Assembly (NCBI RefSeq): GCF_006345805.1
Contig: NC_043016.1
Location: forward strand, 8,990,001-9,054,000
Source: Octopus sinensis
Taxonomy: Eukaryota
Direction: 5' to 3'
DNA length: 64,000 nt
Under the pieces are notes generated by a model. The model made no database searches. It was not told where the DNA came from and was given only the letters and a program-made list of their open reading frames with translations. Shown piece by piece: positions 1-13,300 of the stretch. Position 1 is the first letter of the stretch, and the number at the start of each line of letters is the position of its first letter. The position numbers and the translations under genes are program-made.

Positions 1-31
<31 letters not shown>

Positions 32-290
32 TGTGTGTGTGTGTGAGTGTGTGTGTGTGTGTGTGTGAGTGTAAGTGTGTATGCGTGTGTGAGTGTGAGT
101 GTATGCGTGTGTGTGTGTGTGTGTATGCGTGTGTGTGTGTGAGTGTGTGTGTGTGTGTGTATATGCGTGTGTGTGTGTGTGAGTGTATGCGTGTGTATGT
201 GAGTGTGTATGTGTGTGTGTGTGTGTGCGTGTGTGTGTGTGTATGCGTGCGTGTGAGTGTGTGAGAGTGTATGTGTGTGCGTGCGTTTGT
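1..290. repeat. Compound (GT)n/(GA)/(AT) microsatellite
   Basis: Direct reading. Confidence 0.97.
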
Positions 291-347
291 CCCCCACCGC
301 CGCTTGACAAGCGATATTAGTTTGTTTACATCTCCTTAACTTAGCGG

Positions 348-436
348 TTTAGCGGTGGTGGTGGTGGTGGTGGTGGTATGGCGGTAGTGGCATTTGTGGC
401 GGTGTTGGTGGTGGTGGTGGTGGTGGTGGCGGCGGC
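348..436. repeat. (GGT)n/(GGC)n microsatellite
   Basis: Direct reading. Confidence 0.9.
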
Positions 437-1387
437 GCCGGCAAAAAGTGCCTGGATTCTCTCCTCAAAACGTATTCAGTCATTATTATGAGTTTTTATA
501 AATAAAGGCGCTTGGCTTTTTTTTTTTTTTTTTATATGTAAAAGCGTTTGACCTTGTGGTTAGGCGTATTGCACTGACGATCGTGAAATCGTGGTTTCGA
601 TTCCCGGACCCGGGTGGTGTGGTGTGTTTTGTTCAAGGGCGAAACACTCCATCTCTCGTTGCTTTGGTGGGTGGCACACCATACACTTATACTGGCAACG
701 TCGATGCGATAGAAGAAGTGAATAGCACTAATACTTAATGATGATGATGATGATGATAGTGTCGATTAAATAAGTACCAGTTACGCACTAGGGTCGATGT
801 AATCGACTTGATCCTTTTGTCTGTCCTTGTTTGTCCCCCTGTGGGCAATAAAGAAATAGATATATTTACAAACTTGATATCAGGTTTGGCTCGCCCACAG
901 CGATAAAGTGTTCTCATATTGTTTGATATCTTTCGTATCATCTGAAGAAAGCGGGGTTTTTTTTTTAAATTATGTTGTAATGTACTCATTAATCTATTAA
1001 AGAAATCTGTTGTAAACAGCTATAATGAAATAGCGACGCATATCCATTGTTTCTTACACACACACACACATATTTGTATACATATATGCATGTGTGTGCG
1101 CGTTTATTGAGTCCGTGTTACATGGACTTTCTCTTGCGACACTCCTCGTTATTGTAAAGCAGCAAACAAGTGATGAGCCAGAAACCTGCAGCCAACAACT
1201 ACAAAATGTATGAAAATAATTTATACATTTACTTTGTAAATAGTTCGAAATATTTTAAAGGTAAAGGGAAATAATCCAAAAACTACGTTTCAAGGGATAC
1301 AATTTGTATATAATCGGTTTCAATTTTTTAAAATCAGGTTTTTTCCTTTTCTTTTTCTTTTCTTCAGTGTTACATTCTAATATAATG

Positions 1388-2363
1388 GGATCTTTTCGGT
1401 TTGAACGGCGGCAGTTTTTTAAAATAATTTCCACGTAACTAAATACTTTGGATCCTTTCACTTTGACCGGCAGATTTTTAAAATAATTTCTTTGTAACTA
1501 AATACTTTTAAACTTCGTATACTGGTAGAATGTGTTTATAAAACATCTTTTTCTCTTGGCTTTCTTGAGAAAATTCTGTAGTTTGTAACCTATTTGTTGT
1601 TTAATTTCTTGCATTTCGGCAATTTCAACCAATCAATGACGTCTATTGAGGTGAATACAATTTCTGCCGTAGTGTGTCAACAATTATTTGCGGTGTCATA
1701 TGAATTTGTCACTGTTATTTATGATATATTTCATATCAGTTACGTTTGTATGAATAAAAGATTATCGTTAAAAAAATTTTATTAATAAACATATATTCTA
1801 AGTTCACAACATATGCAGTTTTAATTTCCCTCTCTGCTGCACAGATACACACATTACATATATATTCGTTTAAGAAACAGATTGGGTTTATTTACATTTC
1901 TGAAGAAAACAAGATACCCTTCCCCCACCCCTAACCCTAACCCAACCCTAACTCTAACCTAACCCTAACCCTAACCCAACCCTAACTCTAACCCTAACTC
2001 TAACCCTAACCCTAACCCAACTCTTACCCTAACCCTAACTCTAACTCTAACCCTAACCCTAAAACAGATTGAAATGCAATAGATCGATACTAGGGTCATA
2101 ATTATGGGTGGACACTAAAGAGGGAACGGTTTTGTTATCCAGCTCTGTTTACGAGTGACTCCTCAGTTTATGGCGACAGGGTATCTTTTTCTCATAAATA
2201 ACAGTGACAAATTGATATGACACCGCAAATAATTGTTGTTGACACACTAACCCTAACCCTAAAATAGATTGAAATGCAATAGATCGATACTAGGGTCATA
2301 ATTATGGGTGACAATTTAATATGACACCGCTAGAAAAAACTGCCTTTCAAACCGAAAAGATCC
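1388..2363 (-). mobile_element. Long-TIR MITE (GGATCTTTTCGGTTTGAACGGC termini), expanded copy with a telomere-like array
   Basis: TIRs at both ends; TAATATAAT repeated on both flanks; internal duplication. Confidence 0.8.
1927..2062. repeat. Interstitial telomere-like array (TAACCC/TAACTC)n inside the MITE
   Basis: Direct reading of the sequence. Confidence 0.9.
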
Positions 2364-2377
2364 TAATATAATACATA

Positions 2378-2911
2378 TCTATATATATAAAACTGTAGTT
2401 GTGTGAGTGTCTGTCCCCTTCGATTTAGATTCCTAACTACTCCCACATTTTGCGGTGCAGTTTAACCAAATTCGGGTATCTTATAGTCGTGATTCATATC
2501 GAGCCCATCTGAGTATTAGCGCGCGTCTACGATGAGCTTACGATTTTAAAAATAATTTAACATCATTTTTTATTCCATTTTAATGCATAATCTTTCGTGT
2601 GTCGATGGCGGCGGAGTTGGCGTCCACGCTCAAACACCTGCACCTGTTTGCTTCTCCCCCTTCTTCCCTCCCTCGTGAAGCTGTGGGGAAGGGAGTGTAA
2701 GGAAATCAACGTCGTAAAGCGTTGTCAAGGAGACCAGCGTTCTTTTAGAACAACGACTTCATGGCTTGAAGACACTGAGTCAACGATTTTAAAAAAAAAT
2801 TATCATCATTTTTTATTCCATTTTTAATGCATTTTTTGGCTATAACTCTCTAAAAATGCTTATATAGTTATTTCCCTTACAAATCCGAGCAACGCCGGGC
2901 GATACTGCTAG
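2378..2911 (+). mobile_element. Non-autonomous Helitron-like element
   Basis: 5' TC (TCTATATATATAAAA), 3' CCGAGCAACGCCGGG near-hairpin then CTAG, inserted between A and T. Confidence 0.75.
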
Positions 2912-3404
2912 TTAACTATAATTTAGTAAACTGCGGTAGGACATGAAGTTTATAACCACAGTTGTAATTAGTAAGTGATTTAATTTTTAATTGCTTAAAT
3001 GTTTGGGGATTTTGTACTTTTGTCCTCTCGCATGCCTCTGTGGTAGAATATACCTAGGAACGTGTAGACATTTACTTGTTCGTCTACCACTTGGAATTTT
3101 GCTGGCTATTTGGGAATGTCAGATTCAACATTATATTTCATAGGTAACTTCCACTAGCACGCACCTCTCATATAAGTTCTCTCCCTTTAACTGTAAAAAA
3201 AAAATTATAGCCGTGTAGCTGATAGTATTTATCTTTTTGTTTTTATGTACGTGATGTTGAGATGTTGTAGAGAGGCATAAGCGGCCTCATGCCACTTGTG
3301 TCGCAGTCTTCTCCCCCACACCCTTTATTTGCGTCTACCCCTGTAACGGTCTTCACTTTGCCCTTGATTTAAATATGCCTCACTAATTGTAGAGATGGAT
3401 AGAC

Positions 3405-3810
3405 GGATCTTTTCGGTTTGAACGGCAGTTTTTTTCTAGCGGTATCATATGAAATTGTCACCCATAATTATGACCCTAGTATCGATCTATTGCATTTCAA
3501 TGTGTTTTATGTTAGGGTTAAGGGTGGGGGGAAGGGTATCTTTTTTTCTTCCCAAATGTAAATAAACCCAATCTGTTTCTTAAACGAGGGACATATTCAT
3601 ACGGCACAGAATGTTTTCACCTTTAATAGACGTCATTGATTGGTTGAAATTGCAGAAACTGAAGAAAAAAACAACAAACTATAGAATTTTCTCAATAAAG
3701 CCAAGAGAAAAAGATGTTTTACAAACACATTCTACCAGTATACGAAGTTTCAAAATGTTTAGTTATGTGGAAATTATTTTTAAAAACTGCTGTTCAAACC
3801 GAAAAGATCC
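3405..3810 (+). mobile_element. GGATCT-TIR MITE with 9-bp TSD TGGATAGAC
   Basis: About 30-bp TIRs; identical 9-mer at 3396-3404 and 3811-3819. Confidence 0.9.
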
Positions 3811-3954
3811 TGGATAGACTTTGGTCAATTCCATTACAGACAACAGTTGGTGGTCTCTAGAATATTTCAGTAAATACACCATTGTAAGAACTCAATGGTT
3901 TTTGTTTTTGGATAAATATTAATTTGCCCTATTTACAAAATCATAGGTACAATT

Positions 3955-4660
3955 GGATCTTTACCTTTTGACCAACAGATTTTTAAAATAATTTTTTGTA
4001 ACTAAACACTTTCAAACTTCGGACACTGGTAGAATGTGTCACATAAAACATCTTTTACTCTTGCCGTTGTTGAGAAAATTCTGTATTATGGAAGTTATTT
4101 TTTGTTAAAGTTGTCCTATTTCGATAATTTCAACCAATCAATGATGTGTATTCAGTTGAATAAAATTACTGACATTGTTTGTCAACAACAACTATCAGGA
4201 GTGTATATTTCATTTGTCACTGTTATTTATGACATATTTCATCTCGGTTATGTTTGTATGAATAAACGAGTGTATCTGAAGCATGTTTACTTCGTGGCAC
4301 CACCACAATCGTTCGTGCTTCATTTTTCATTTTTTCCGTAACCCTAACTCTAACCCTAAAACCAGTACTAACGTACGAACGATGTCATAAATAACAGTGA
4401 GAAACCAAAAATACACCACCGATAGTTGTTGTTGACAAACAACAGCAGTAATTTTATTCAGCTGAATACATGTCATTGATTGGTTGAAATTACCGAAATA
4501 TAACAACTTTAACACGAAATAACTTCCAAAATACAGAATTTTCTCAACAACGCCAAGGGTAAAAGATGTTTTATGTGACACATTCTACCAGTATACGAAG
4601 TTTGAAAGTGTTTAGTTACAAAAAATTTTTTTAATCTGTCGGTCAAAAATTAAAAATCTG
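3955..4660. mobile_element. Foldback-type relative of the same MITE family (two inverted arms of about 280 bp)
   Basis: 3955-4235 is the inverted repeat of 4382-4660; mirrored ORF-track entries 4036+ and 4581- confirm the symmetry. Confidence 0.8.
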
Positions 4661-4914
4661 TACTATTCTTTTTCTAGACATATTGGTAATTCCTGTCTTA
4701 TTTTAGTACTAGTTTTATTTCACTACTATTTACATACCTTTGTTCCCTTTTCTTAAGAGATAACTCATAAATATTTCCCTAGATCACTGCTAGTTCACTC
4801 TTTTGCCTATCGACTTCAAGCTCTACGCTGCCTGATGGTATGATTTTAATATATTGAGCCTTCTGGCCTCATTTCGAGGTCCTGTTCTTTCCTATTCCCT
4901 TCATTTATTTTATT

Positions 4915-5575
4915 TTATACCCTAGCGGTTGAGGGAACCTGTGGAAGAGGTAGACCCAGGAAAACCTGGGACGAGATGGTGAAGCATGACCTTCGAACTT
5001 TAGTTCTCACCAAGGAAATGACTAGAGACTGAGACCTATGGAAGTATGCTGTGCGTGAGAGGACCCGGCAGGACAAGTGAGACCATAACCCATGGCCTCT
5101 ACCTGGGATGTAGCCAATCCACTTATGCATACCTTTCCTTCTTGGGACACAAAACTCTACTTGTGAAGACCTGTTGAGGCAAGTGAGAATCAGAATCGAA
5201 ATCGAAAAACATCAATGGAAATTGTAGCTGTGATACCAGTGCCGCCCCGACGGGCCTCCGTGCTGGTGGCACATAAAAAGCATCATCTGATCATGGCCAT
5301 TGCCAGCCTCACCTGGCCCCCGTGCCAGTGGCACGTAAAAAACACCATCTGACCGTGACCGTTTGCCAGCCTCGTCTGGCACCTGTGCTGGTGGCACGTA
5401 AAAAGCACCCACTACACTCACGGAGTGGTTGTTGTTAGGAAGGGCATCCAGCCATAGAAACATTGCCAGATCAGACTGGGCCTGGTGCAGCCTTCTGGCT
5501 TCCCAGACCCCAGTTGAACCGTCCAACCCATGCTAGCATGGAAAGCGGACGCTAAATGATGATGATGATGATGAT
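4915..5575 (+). mobile_element. RTE-clade LINE 3' end: ORF2 C-terminus, 3' UTR and (GAT)n tail
   Basis: Translates LAVEGTCGRGRPRKTWDEMVKHDLRTL...LWKYAVRERTR (the GRGRPRKTW motif of RTE ORF2 ends) and runs into the common AAAAGCACCCACTACACTC...CATGCTAGCATGGAAAGCGGACG-(ATG)n repeat. Confidence 0.85.
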
Positions 5576-5689
5576 GTATTTGCATTCACTCTGATGAAGC
5601 CCCATGTACTTGATCGAATGCGCTATGAAGATGACAAATATTATTTTCGGAATTGTGTTCATGCCCAGGAATTACCTTTGGATTTACCA

Positions 5690-7417
5690 TTCAGGCAAGG
5701 AGTGCAAAGACAGCAAAGAATTTAATTTTTGTGCTGCGACGGAGAAATGCGAATTGTGAATTACCTGAGAAGAAGAATTTTGTTGCCAGTTGAACTGTCT
5801 TCCATCATTCCTTTTTTCTCACGTCTGTCTTTCTGTTCTTTCTTTGTGTTTTATTAGACTTTTATTTGAACATTTTTGGACTTTTTGTTTTTGGAACATT
5901 TTATTTTATTTTGTGAAAAAAATGGCAACAAAGAATACATTGGAGTGGCGAATTGTGGTCCCCAAAGATTGGCTTAAAAATTATACTGAGAGAACGGCGG
6001 TGTTAAGAACCTACTCTAGGGTCCTTGAAACCATCGCTGAGTTCTCTCAGTCTGATATTGAGGAAGAGTTGGCAGAGTACCTGCCAACTTTTTGATTTAT
6101 TTGTAGGGGAGCAAAGTATGGAACTGTGTGTGTTCTTTTTGACACCCCTACAGAGACACAAAAGTTTGTGTGCCAACCAGTGGAAGGGGAGAAGATTTTG
6201 TTTCTCCCCACATACAGTGGGCAAAAATTAACGAGAGCTTGGGTGTGTGGGCTGCCACCCGGAATTGAGCTCAAGTAGATAGAGGAAACTATCCGCTGGG
6301 GTCTGGGTGACAGCGGAGCCAGGCTCTTGAATGTCAGAGTGCTTCCTGTGGCTGATTGGGTGGGGTCGAAAGCAATTTTGACCCTATGGACCCAATCAGC
6401 CAAAGATCTGGTTTTACCGGATTTTTTAACGATGGCCGGTTCAGGGTACCCGATGATGGTTGAGGAATGCCCCCCACCAATTGTCACCTGTGCCTGGAAT
6501 TGGGTCACATCAAGAAAACCTGTCGCTGGGACCAGGCAAAGGTCCTGGAACAGTTAATTAAAGCGGTGTCCCCTGCTCTCCCAGTGGAGGAAAAAGTTGT
6601 GGAGGAGGTAACCTCCTCAAAAAAAAAAGAGAAAGAAGGGAGACAACAATGGTTGCCCACCCATGGATCCTGAGACAGCGGGGGCGAGGGAGGGTTCTCC
6701 GGAGATGTCAGAGGAACTCCACCCTTCCATCGTAAAAGGAAAAAAGAAAAAGAAAAACAGGGCATTGCCGGGGATGGCATGTCCCGAAACCCCTTCGGTG
6801 GGATGTGTGCCACCAGAGAGGTGGAAAAATATGACCATGCCAGTGGGATGTGTGCCACCGAGTGAGTGAGTTGAGGCCCCTCCCAGTGAAGGGAGTGAAG
6901 AATGTATGTTCTGCTATCGATATTTTTGTCGAAAATGAAATAGACTGTAGGATCTTGAGGGAACTGAATTGCATTGACAGCCCAGAGTGGCCTTCGCAGG
7001 TGGCTGCTCTGGTGCTGAAAAGAAAGAAATGCAATATGATAATTGACTCATGTAAAAACGAGAATTTCAGAATTCTACATTGGAGTCCCAGATTTCAGTG
7101 GCAACAATGGCTGCAAGTTGCACGAGATTTGCTGGTGGAGAAATTGTAGAGGTTTATTGCCTCTAATTTGTGTATAAACTGTAATTTTGGTTGTATGGAC
7201 TTTTTGGTCCAAAGAAATTGTATTTTTGAATTGTAAGAGGGTCATTACCTCGGTGTATATATTTTTTAAAGAAATAATGTTTTAGAGAAGCAGAGGGTCG
7301 GTGGGCGCCTTCAGCCTTCTCCCATCTTTATCATAATCATCCACTTCATTATAATGTCTATGTCTAGCCCGCAAGCTACTCTTTGTAATGCCTTTATGGC
7401 AAATTTCTATGAAATAA
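5690..7417 (+). mobile_element. L1/Tx1-like non-LTR element with decayed ORF1 (5922 to about 7149, CCHC zinc knuckle) and no ORF2
   Basis: The frame from ATG 5922 continues through two stops to about 6478, then shifts into CHLCLELGHIKKTC (CX2CX4HX4C). A K-rich segment and a further 99-aa frame follow, then a short 3' region ending in AATAAA at 7412-7417. The 5' boundary is approximate. Confidence 0.7.
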
Positions 7418-7790
7418 AGTAGCTTGCTTACCAACTACATGGTTCTGGGTTCAGTCCCATTGCGTGGCACCTTCTACTATAGCCTCAAGGCCAACCAAAA
7501 CCTTGTGAGTGGATTTGGTAGACGGAAACTGAAAGAAGCCCGTCGTATATATGTACGTATACATATATATGTATGTGAGTGTATATGTTTGTCCCCCCAA
7601 CATTGCTTGACAACCAATGGTGGTGTTTGCATCCCCATAACTTAGTGGTTCGGCAAAAGAAACCAATTGAATAAGTACTAGGCTTCCAAAGAATAAGTCC
7701 TGGGGTCGATTTGCTTGATTAAAGGCAGTGCTCCAGCATGACTGCAGTCAAACGACTGAAACAAGTAAAAGAGTAAAGAGTAAAGTGAAA
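7418..7790 (+). mobile_element. SINE family B copy
   Basis: Homologous to 9346-9748. Confidence 0.85.
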
Positions 7791-8619
7791 TTAGATAGAT
7801 GAAGTGAGAAGAAACCCATTAGATAGACAGTGCATGCATTTCCAAAGGACAGCACAGTCATCTTTTACTCATTTCAACCATCTTCAGGTTAAGGTCCCCA
7901 AAGTCCATCCCCTCCTCACCATGGTGGGGACGCTGGCAACGGGTAGTGTCAGAGCTATGCCGTTGGTAACTTCGGTTCCTGGTAGGGCACCCAAGTCGGA
8001 TTGGTCTGACACCGAGTGGTATTAGGGCCACAACCCGGCAGACAGGGCTCTGGTGAAAATCCTCGGAGTGTCTGTTTCGGCAACCGGCAGCTCCTCAGTC
8101 GTTCTGTCCCTGCATCTGCGGAGAATCTGCAACAAACAGGATGTCTCTACATGCAGGATTGTTGGGGACCGCTTGTGAAATTCATATTCCCATGAAACTT
8201 CTTCCACTGCCATGGTTCAAAATGCCTCGAGGATGGTGGAAGAAGCCGACTCAACCTGCCCAGGGTGAATGTCGCCACAAGTACATTTCAACCATAAGAC
8301 TGCAACCATACAAGGGTACCACCTTAAAGGGCTAATTTGAATACATCAACCTCAGTATTTGTCTTTGTAAGGCTGGTACTTAATTTATCAATCACTTTTG
8401 CTGAACTGCTAAGTTAAGGGAACATAATTAACACTGGTTGTCAAGTGGCAGGGGACAAACACAAAAGCCCACACACTATACGTTTCCACAGTGAGTCTAC
8501 AAAATTCATTCACAAGGTGTAGGTTGGCCCAAGGTTACAGAACACACTTGCCCAATGTGCCATGCAGAAGAACTGAACATGAAACCATGTAAGCTTCTTC
8601 ACCACCCAATGGTACCTAT

Positions 8620-9020
8620 TTCTTTATTACCCACAAGGGGCTAAACATAGAGGGGTCAAGCAAGGATAGACAAAGGGATTAAGTCGATTACATCGACCCC
8701 AGTGCATAACTGGTACTTAATTTATTGACCCCGAAAGGATGAAAGGCAAAGTCGACCTCGACGGAATTTGAACACAGAACGTAACGGCAGACAAAATACT
8801 TGTTTCTTTACTACCCACAAGGGGCTAAACACAGAGAGGACAAACGGATTAAGTCGATTACATCGACCCTAGTGCGTAACTGGTACTTATTTAATCGACC
8901 CCGAAAGGATGAAAGGCACAGTGAACCTCGGCGGAATTTCAACTCAGAACGTAACGGCAGATGAAATACTGCTAAGCATTTCGCCCGGCGTGCTAACGTT
9001 TCTGCCAGTTCGCCTTCTTT
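8620..9020 (-). mobile_element. SINE family A with duplicated body
   Basis: Reverse complement of the 20395 copy. Confidence 0.87.
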
Positions 9021-9345
9021 AGTGACTTCGAAAGTATTCATAATGGATTATAGAATGAACAAGAAACTGGAACGTTGGCATCACTGTAGATAAGTGCACT
9101 TAATCCTGCAGGTGTTCATCTGTTGCAACATTGAAAATTACTTTTCTGGAATACCAACATTTGTTTTAAACTCTGTTCATTTCTTTTTTTGTCAACAACA
9201 AAATATATTTCTAAAAATTGGCTGAGCTCCGCCGATATATATATTTGCAAAGAGTTGCATGCATGTCTCGAGTTGTAACTCACCAAACCTTCTTACATAG
9301 CCAAAATTTTTAATAGATTTCAATAGATTACAAATAAATTTCATA

Positions 9346-9505
9346 GGCTGTGTGGTAAGTAGCTTCCTTACCAACCACATGGTTCCGGGTTCAGTCCCAC
9401 TGCGTGGCATCTTGGGCAAGTGTCTTCTGCTATAGCCTCGGGCCGACCAAAGCCTTGTGAGTGGATTTGGTAGACGGAAACTGAAAGAAGCCTGTCGTAT
9501 ATATG

Positions 9506-9538
<33 letters not shown>

Positions 9539-9748
9539 ATGTTTGTGTTTGTCCCCCTAGCATTGCTTGACAACCGGTGCTGGTGTGTTTACGTCCCTGT
9601 CACTTAGCGGTTCGGCAAAAAGAGACCGACAGAATAAGTACTGGGCTTACAAAGAATAAGTCCCAGGGTCGATTTGCTCGACTAAAGGCGGTGCTCCAGC
9701 ATGGCCACAGCCAAATGACTGAAACAACTAAAAGAGTAAAAGAGAGAG
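9346..9748 (+). mobile_element. tRNA-derived SINE family B (central (TA)n/(TG)n, AAAAGAGT tail)
   Basis: A/B-box-like head GGCTGTGTGGTAAG...GGTTCAGTCCC; many homologues in the window. Confidence 0.88.
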
Positions 9749-9855
9749 TAACATCCATATTGGATAATTTTTTTAAATGTTTGAATAGAAGATAATGTTT
9801 TGTTTTATGTAGACTTTAATAGAAAATATTCTTAATCTTTTACTGATTCATTTAA

Positions 9856-10076
9856 CCCTTTCGTTACCAACCCGGTTGAAACCGGCTCTGGTTCTGTAGC
9901 ACAAATGTCTTGTGTTCATAAGTTTTGAATTAAAATCTTCCACCAAACCTTAGACACAATTTAGGCTCCTAACACTAGCTGAATGATAAGTAAGTTATTT
10001 TACTAAATTCTTTGTTATATTTAAAGTAATTGAAAGAAATACAGAGCATCTCAAAAGAAATTCAGTAACGAAAGGG
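9856..10076. mobile_element. piggyBac-type MITE (TTAA TSD, CCCTTT...AAAGGG)
   Basis: TTAA|CCCTTTCGTTAC ... GTAACGAAAGGG|TTAA. Confidence 0.88.
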
Positions 10077-10274
10077 TTAAAATAAATTCTTTGGCCATAA
10101 CTTTACTATCCATTACATGTATTGGTGTTAATGAAGCAAAGCACCGGTTTTTATTTCCTCCACTTTTGTTCTTTTATGTCTTGCATTGTGTTTAAGATTA
10201 GAATGCTTACTTATTTTGACTCTTCAACATTAATGAAAGTAATAGCAGGACACACCATGGCCAGTGGCACCATG

Positions 10275-10372
10275 GATTGAAATGCAGTAGATCGATACTA
10301 GGGTCATAATTATAGGTGACAATTTCATATGACACCGCTAGAAAAAAACTGCTGTTCAAACCGAAAAGATCC
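10275..10372 (-). mobile_element. Partial GGATCT-TIR MITE end
   Basis: GATCGATACTAGGGTCATAATT...AAACCGAAAAGATCC. Confidence 0.75.
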
Positions 10373-13300
10373 CAGGAGATAATTATATGCAGAATGATGT
10401 CACCAAAGCACAAAAGTGTAACAGCAACAACAATGAAAACAAGATCTGGTGAAGTCGTTGGTAAAAAAATTCTGGACAGAAATTGAAATAAACATTGAAA
10501 AAATGTAGATTAATTTATTTATTGTCATCTCTAAATTTGACAGGCACAAAATATATAATAAAGTAAAGAATGTGCTAGGTACATAATGTATGTATTGTAA
10601 CATGAGGAATGTAATAATAGAAGTCTAATTAAGAACAGTAGATAACCAAAAATAATTTTTTTTTTTTTAATCTTTTTCTGTTAAGAAATGTCACCTCATA
10701 CTTTTTATGGAAAGGCAAGTTACATGATACTGATAGCATGTTATTAAATACCATGTATTATCATTTAAAACACTTTATAACTGTTTAAAACAATCCCACG
10801 GGGTTGCCGTAATTGGAATAGCAGAAAAGGGGATAGATCACAACATAAGGTCTATCTAGATGTACCAGTATCTAAATGTCACAAATTAACAACTATCTCA
10901 TTAGTATAAATTGCAATATATATATATATATATATATCTTTAACTGGGAAAATAAGTAAATCACAAGCATAATTTATATATGTGTGTAGCTTATTCTAAA
11001 GATACATTTCAAAAGGAAATTAGTTTAAGACTAATAATATTACTCCAAAGGATTACATTTTTATTCTTAATTATAAGCATGAATAAATAAGAAAAAAAAA
11101 ATCACTTTAAAAGGACATTATTATAGAAAATTAAATTCTGAATATAAAATAATGACTTTTATTAAATACAATTTCCATACTAAAGGTAACACATTTAGAG
11201 ATATAAATAAAAATGGTAATATTTTTTTTTTTTTTAATCAGAATTAATTATAAGAGCAGAACTGGGATTTAACTTGATAGTGTTAGAGTAATTTTTGAAT
11301 TAAAACAAACTAAAGTGTTAATAGTAGTCAGAGACTAAACAGAACTCCAAATTAAAATAGTTACCAATTCTAAAAAATTATGGCGTACATTAAAAAAAAA
11401 AAAAAAAAAAAACATTATCAAAGTTGAGGATATATTTGTGTTTTATAGTCCAGTCTGCTTAAAAACTCAAGGAATGTTTACAAAAGCAGAGATTGGGACT
11501 TAGGTAATATGGTTTAACAATCTCTGCTGTTTAAAATCCCTGGTGAGCCTATGAATAAAGTAGTCAGGTGCATATAGGGTGAATTACAACTTAGAAAAAA
11601 AAAAAATTACGAAATCACACCTAAACTAATTTCCAAATGGCGACAAAAAAAAACAAAACAATAAAAACATTCAAAAAAAAAAACAGAAAATTTTAAAAAA
11701 CGATTTATCTGACAGGTGGGTAATGTTTATTGGCTAACTCTACGTCTGTAGCAATTACTAGACAATGAGTGAACATAGAAGTGTCTACATTTTATATTTT
11801 TTTAAACCATTAACATGGACAATATTATTTTGTAGCAGGGGAAAAACAAACATAAATCCTCTTTGGCTTTTAGGAGAAAGCCGTGATATAGAGATAGATT
11901 AAATGAGAGGATTAGATTATCCCTTGTACAAAATTAATATTGTTTTATAATCTAAATTAACTGCACTCCATACATATACACACGTGTGTGTATAGTAACA
12001 GTAAGGACAAAAATGTCCAACACTTAGAAAAAAAAATGCTTTTACATACACACACATTATGACTGTGTGTGTATATATATATATATATTATATATAGTGT
12101 CAACACTTGACGGACACAAATATCAAGACTAGACCTAACATAGACACTTATTACTTTAGAATATATTCCAGTGTAATGTCAACTGTCAATAGCTGTTACA
12201 TTAATATAATAAACGACTTCCTAGCATAACCAGCAGAACTGCCTTGGATTTGAAAGGGAAATACAGTGGCAAGTTGTGATGATGCTCATGCCTTTCCATA
12301 GGGCATTAGCAATGTAAGTGAATACCACTCACCCCCCGCACAAACACCAGAGGAAATTGAAATTGCTTCACAGACATGGTTTTGTTTTCATTTTTTCTTT
12401 TTTTTTTGAAATTTTTTTTTTAAACTTACAGTTACTTGCAGAAAACATGTCATCGCTACACATTAGCACAATAATGTCAATATAGATCAATATAATCTAA
12501 TGTGTGAAATTATTACAAATACCAGTTATTTTCTGATAAACATGGCAGGTTAAAAAGAAAAATGTGTTCTTGGATCTTGCTTATCTCTCTACACGCAGTG
12601 TGTAGAAACACCTTTAAAACAAACATTCTTATATTCTTAATTCCAGTATTAGGTTTTGGTTTCCTTTTTTTTGTACTTGTTCTTGCTTGTAATCCAGTAC
12701 AAAAAAAAGTTTATCCGCATTCATAACATCTCATTGAATAGAAATCCAGTTTGCCAATATTTATATGAAAGGGAAGAGAAGGGAAGGTAACAGGGGCAGG
12801 GGAAAAAAAAACAAAAAGCAAGTTCGATGAGAAGTGAATTAGTAGCTAATTGTCAATGTGACAAAAAGGAAAAGAGATTAAGAAAAGTACAGATAATGGT
12901 CAGAGTAATGGAAATGGGAGAAAGAATGTAAACATATGATGGCTTTATCCGTACAGATATATATAAAGCCATAGAACCCGACCAAGAGAAATTTACGCAT
13001 ACATGCACAGCACCACCACTAAACAATACAATATTGAGCTTCAGATTCGGGAGTAAGTAACTCAGGTGGAAGGGCTGAAGGAGATAAAACACAAGAACAT
13101 ATACAAAGAATGATAGCTTCTTGTTTTTCCCCCAATTTTTTCCCCCTCAAAGTGATAACCAGAATTAAGCAAATCAATGAACCCACTTTCTACAATAAGT
13201 ACAAAGCCTGTAATTTTTGTGAAGATAGGGCTAGTAGATTACATTGATCCCAGCATGCTAACAATTCCACAAGCTTGGCCATATGAGAAATTTTAAAAGG

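Noticed and set aside
31-264. 77-aa C/V-rich ORF
   Set aside because: It is a translation of the (GT)n microsatellite.
1927-2062. True chromosome end
   Set aside because: The array is short, degenerate and enclosed by MITE TIRs and TSD.
4036-4581. Pair of similar 84-101 aa ORFs on opposite strands (MSHKTSFTL...)
   Set aside because: They are mirror translations of the two arms of a foldback transposon.
5591-5660. CTGATGA as a hammerhead or C-box
   Set aside because: No helix II closure followed by GAAA and NUH, and no D box with terminal stem.
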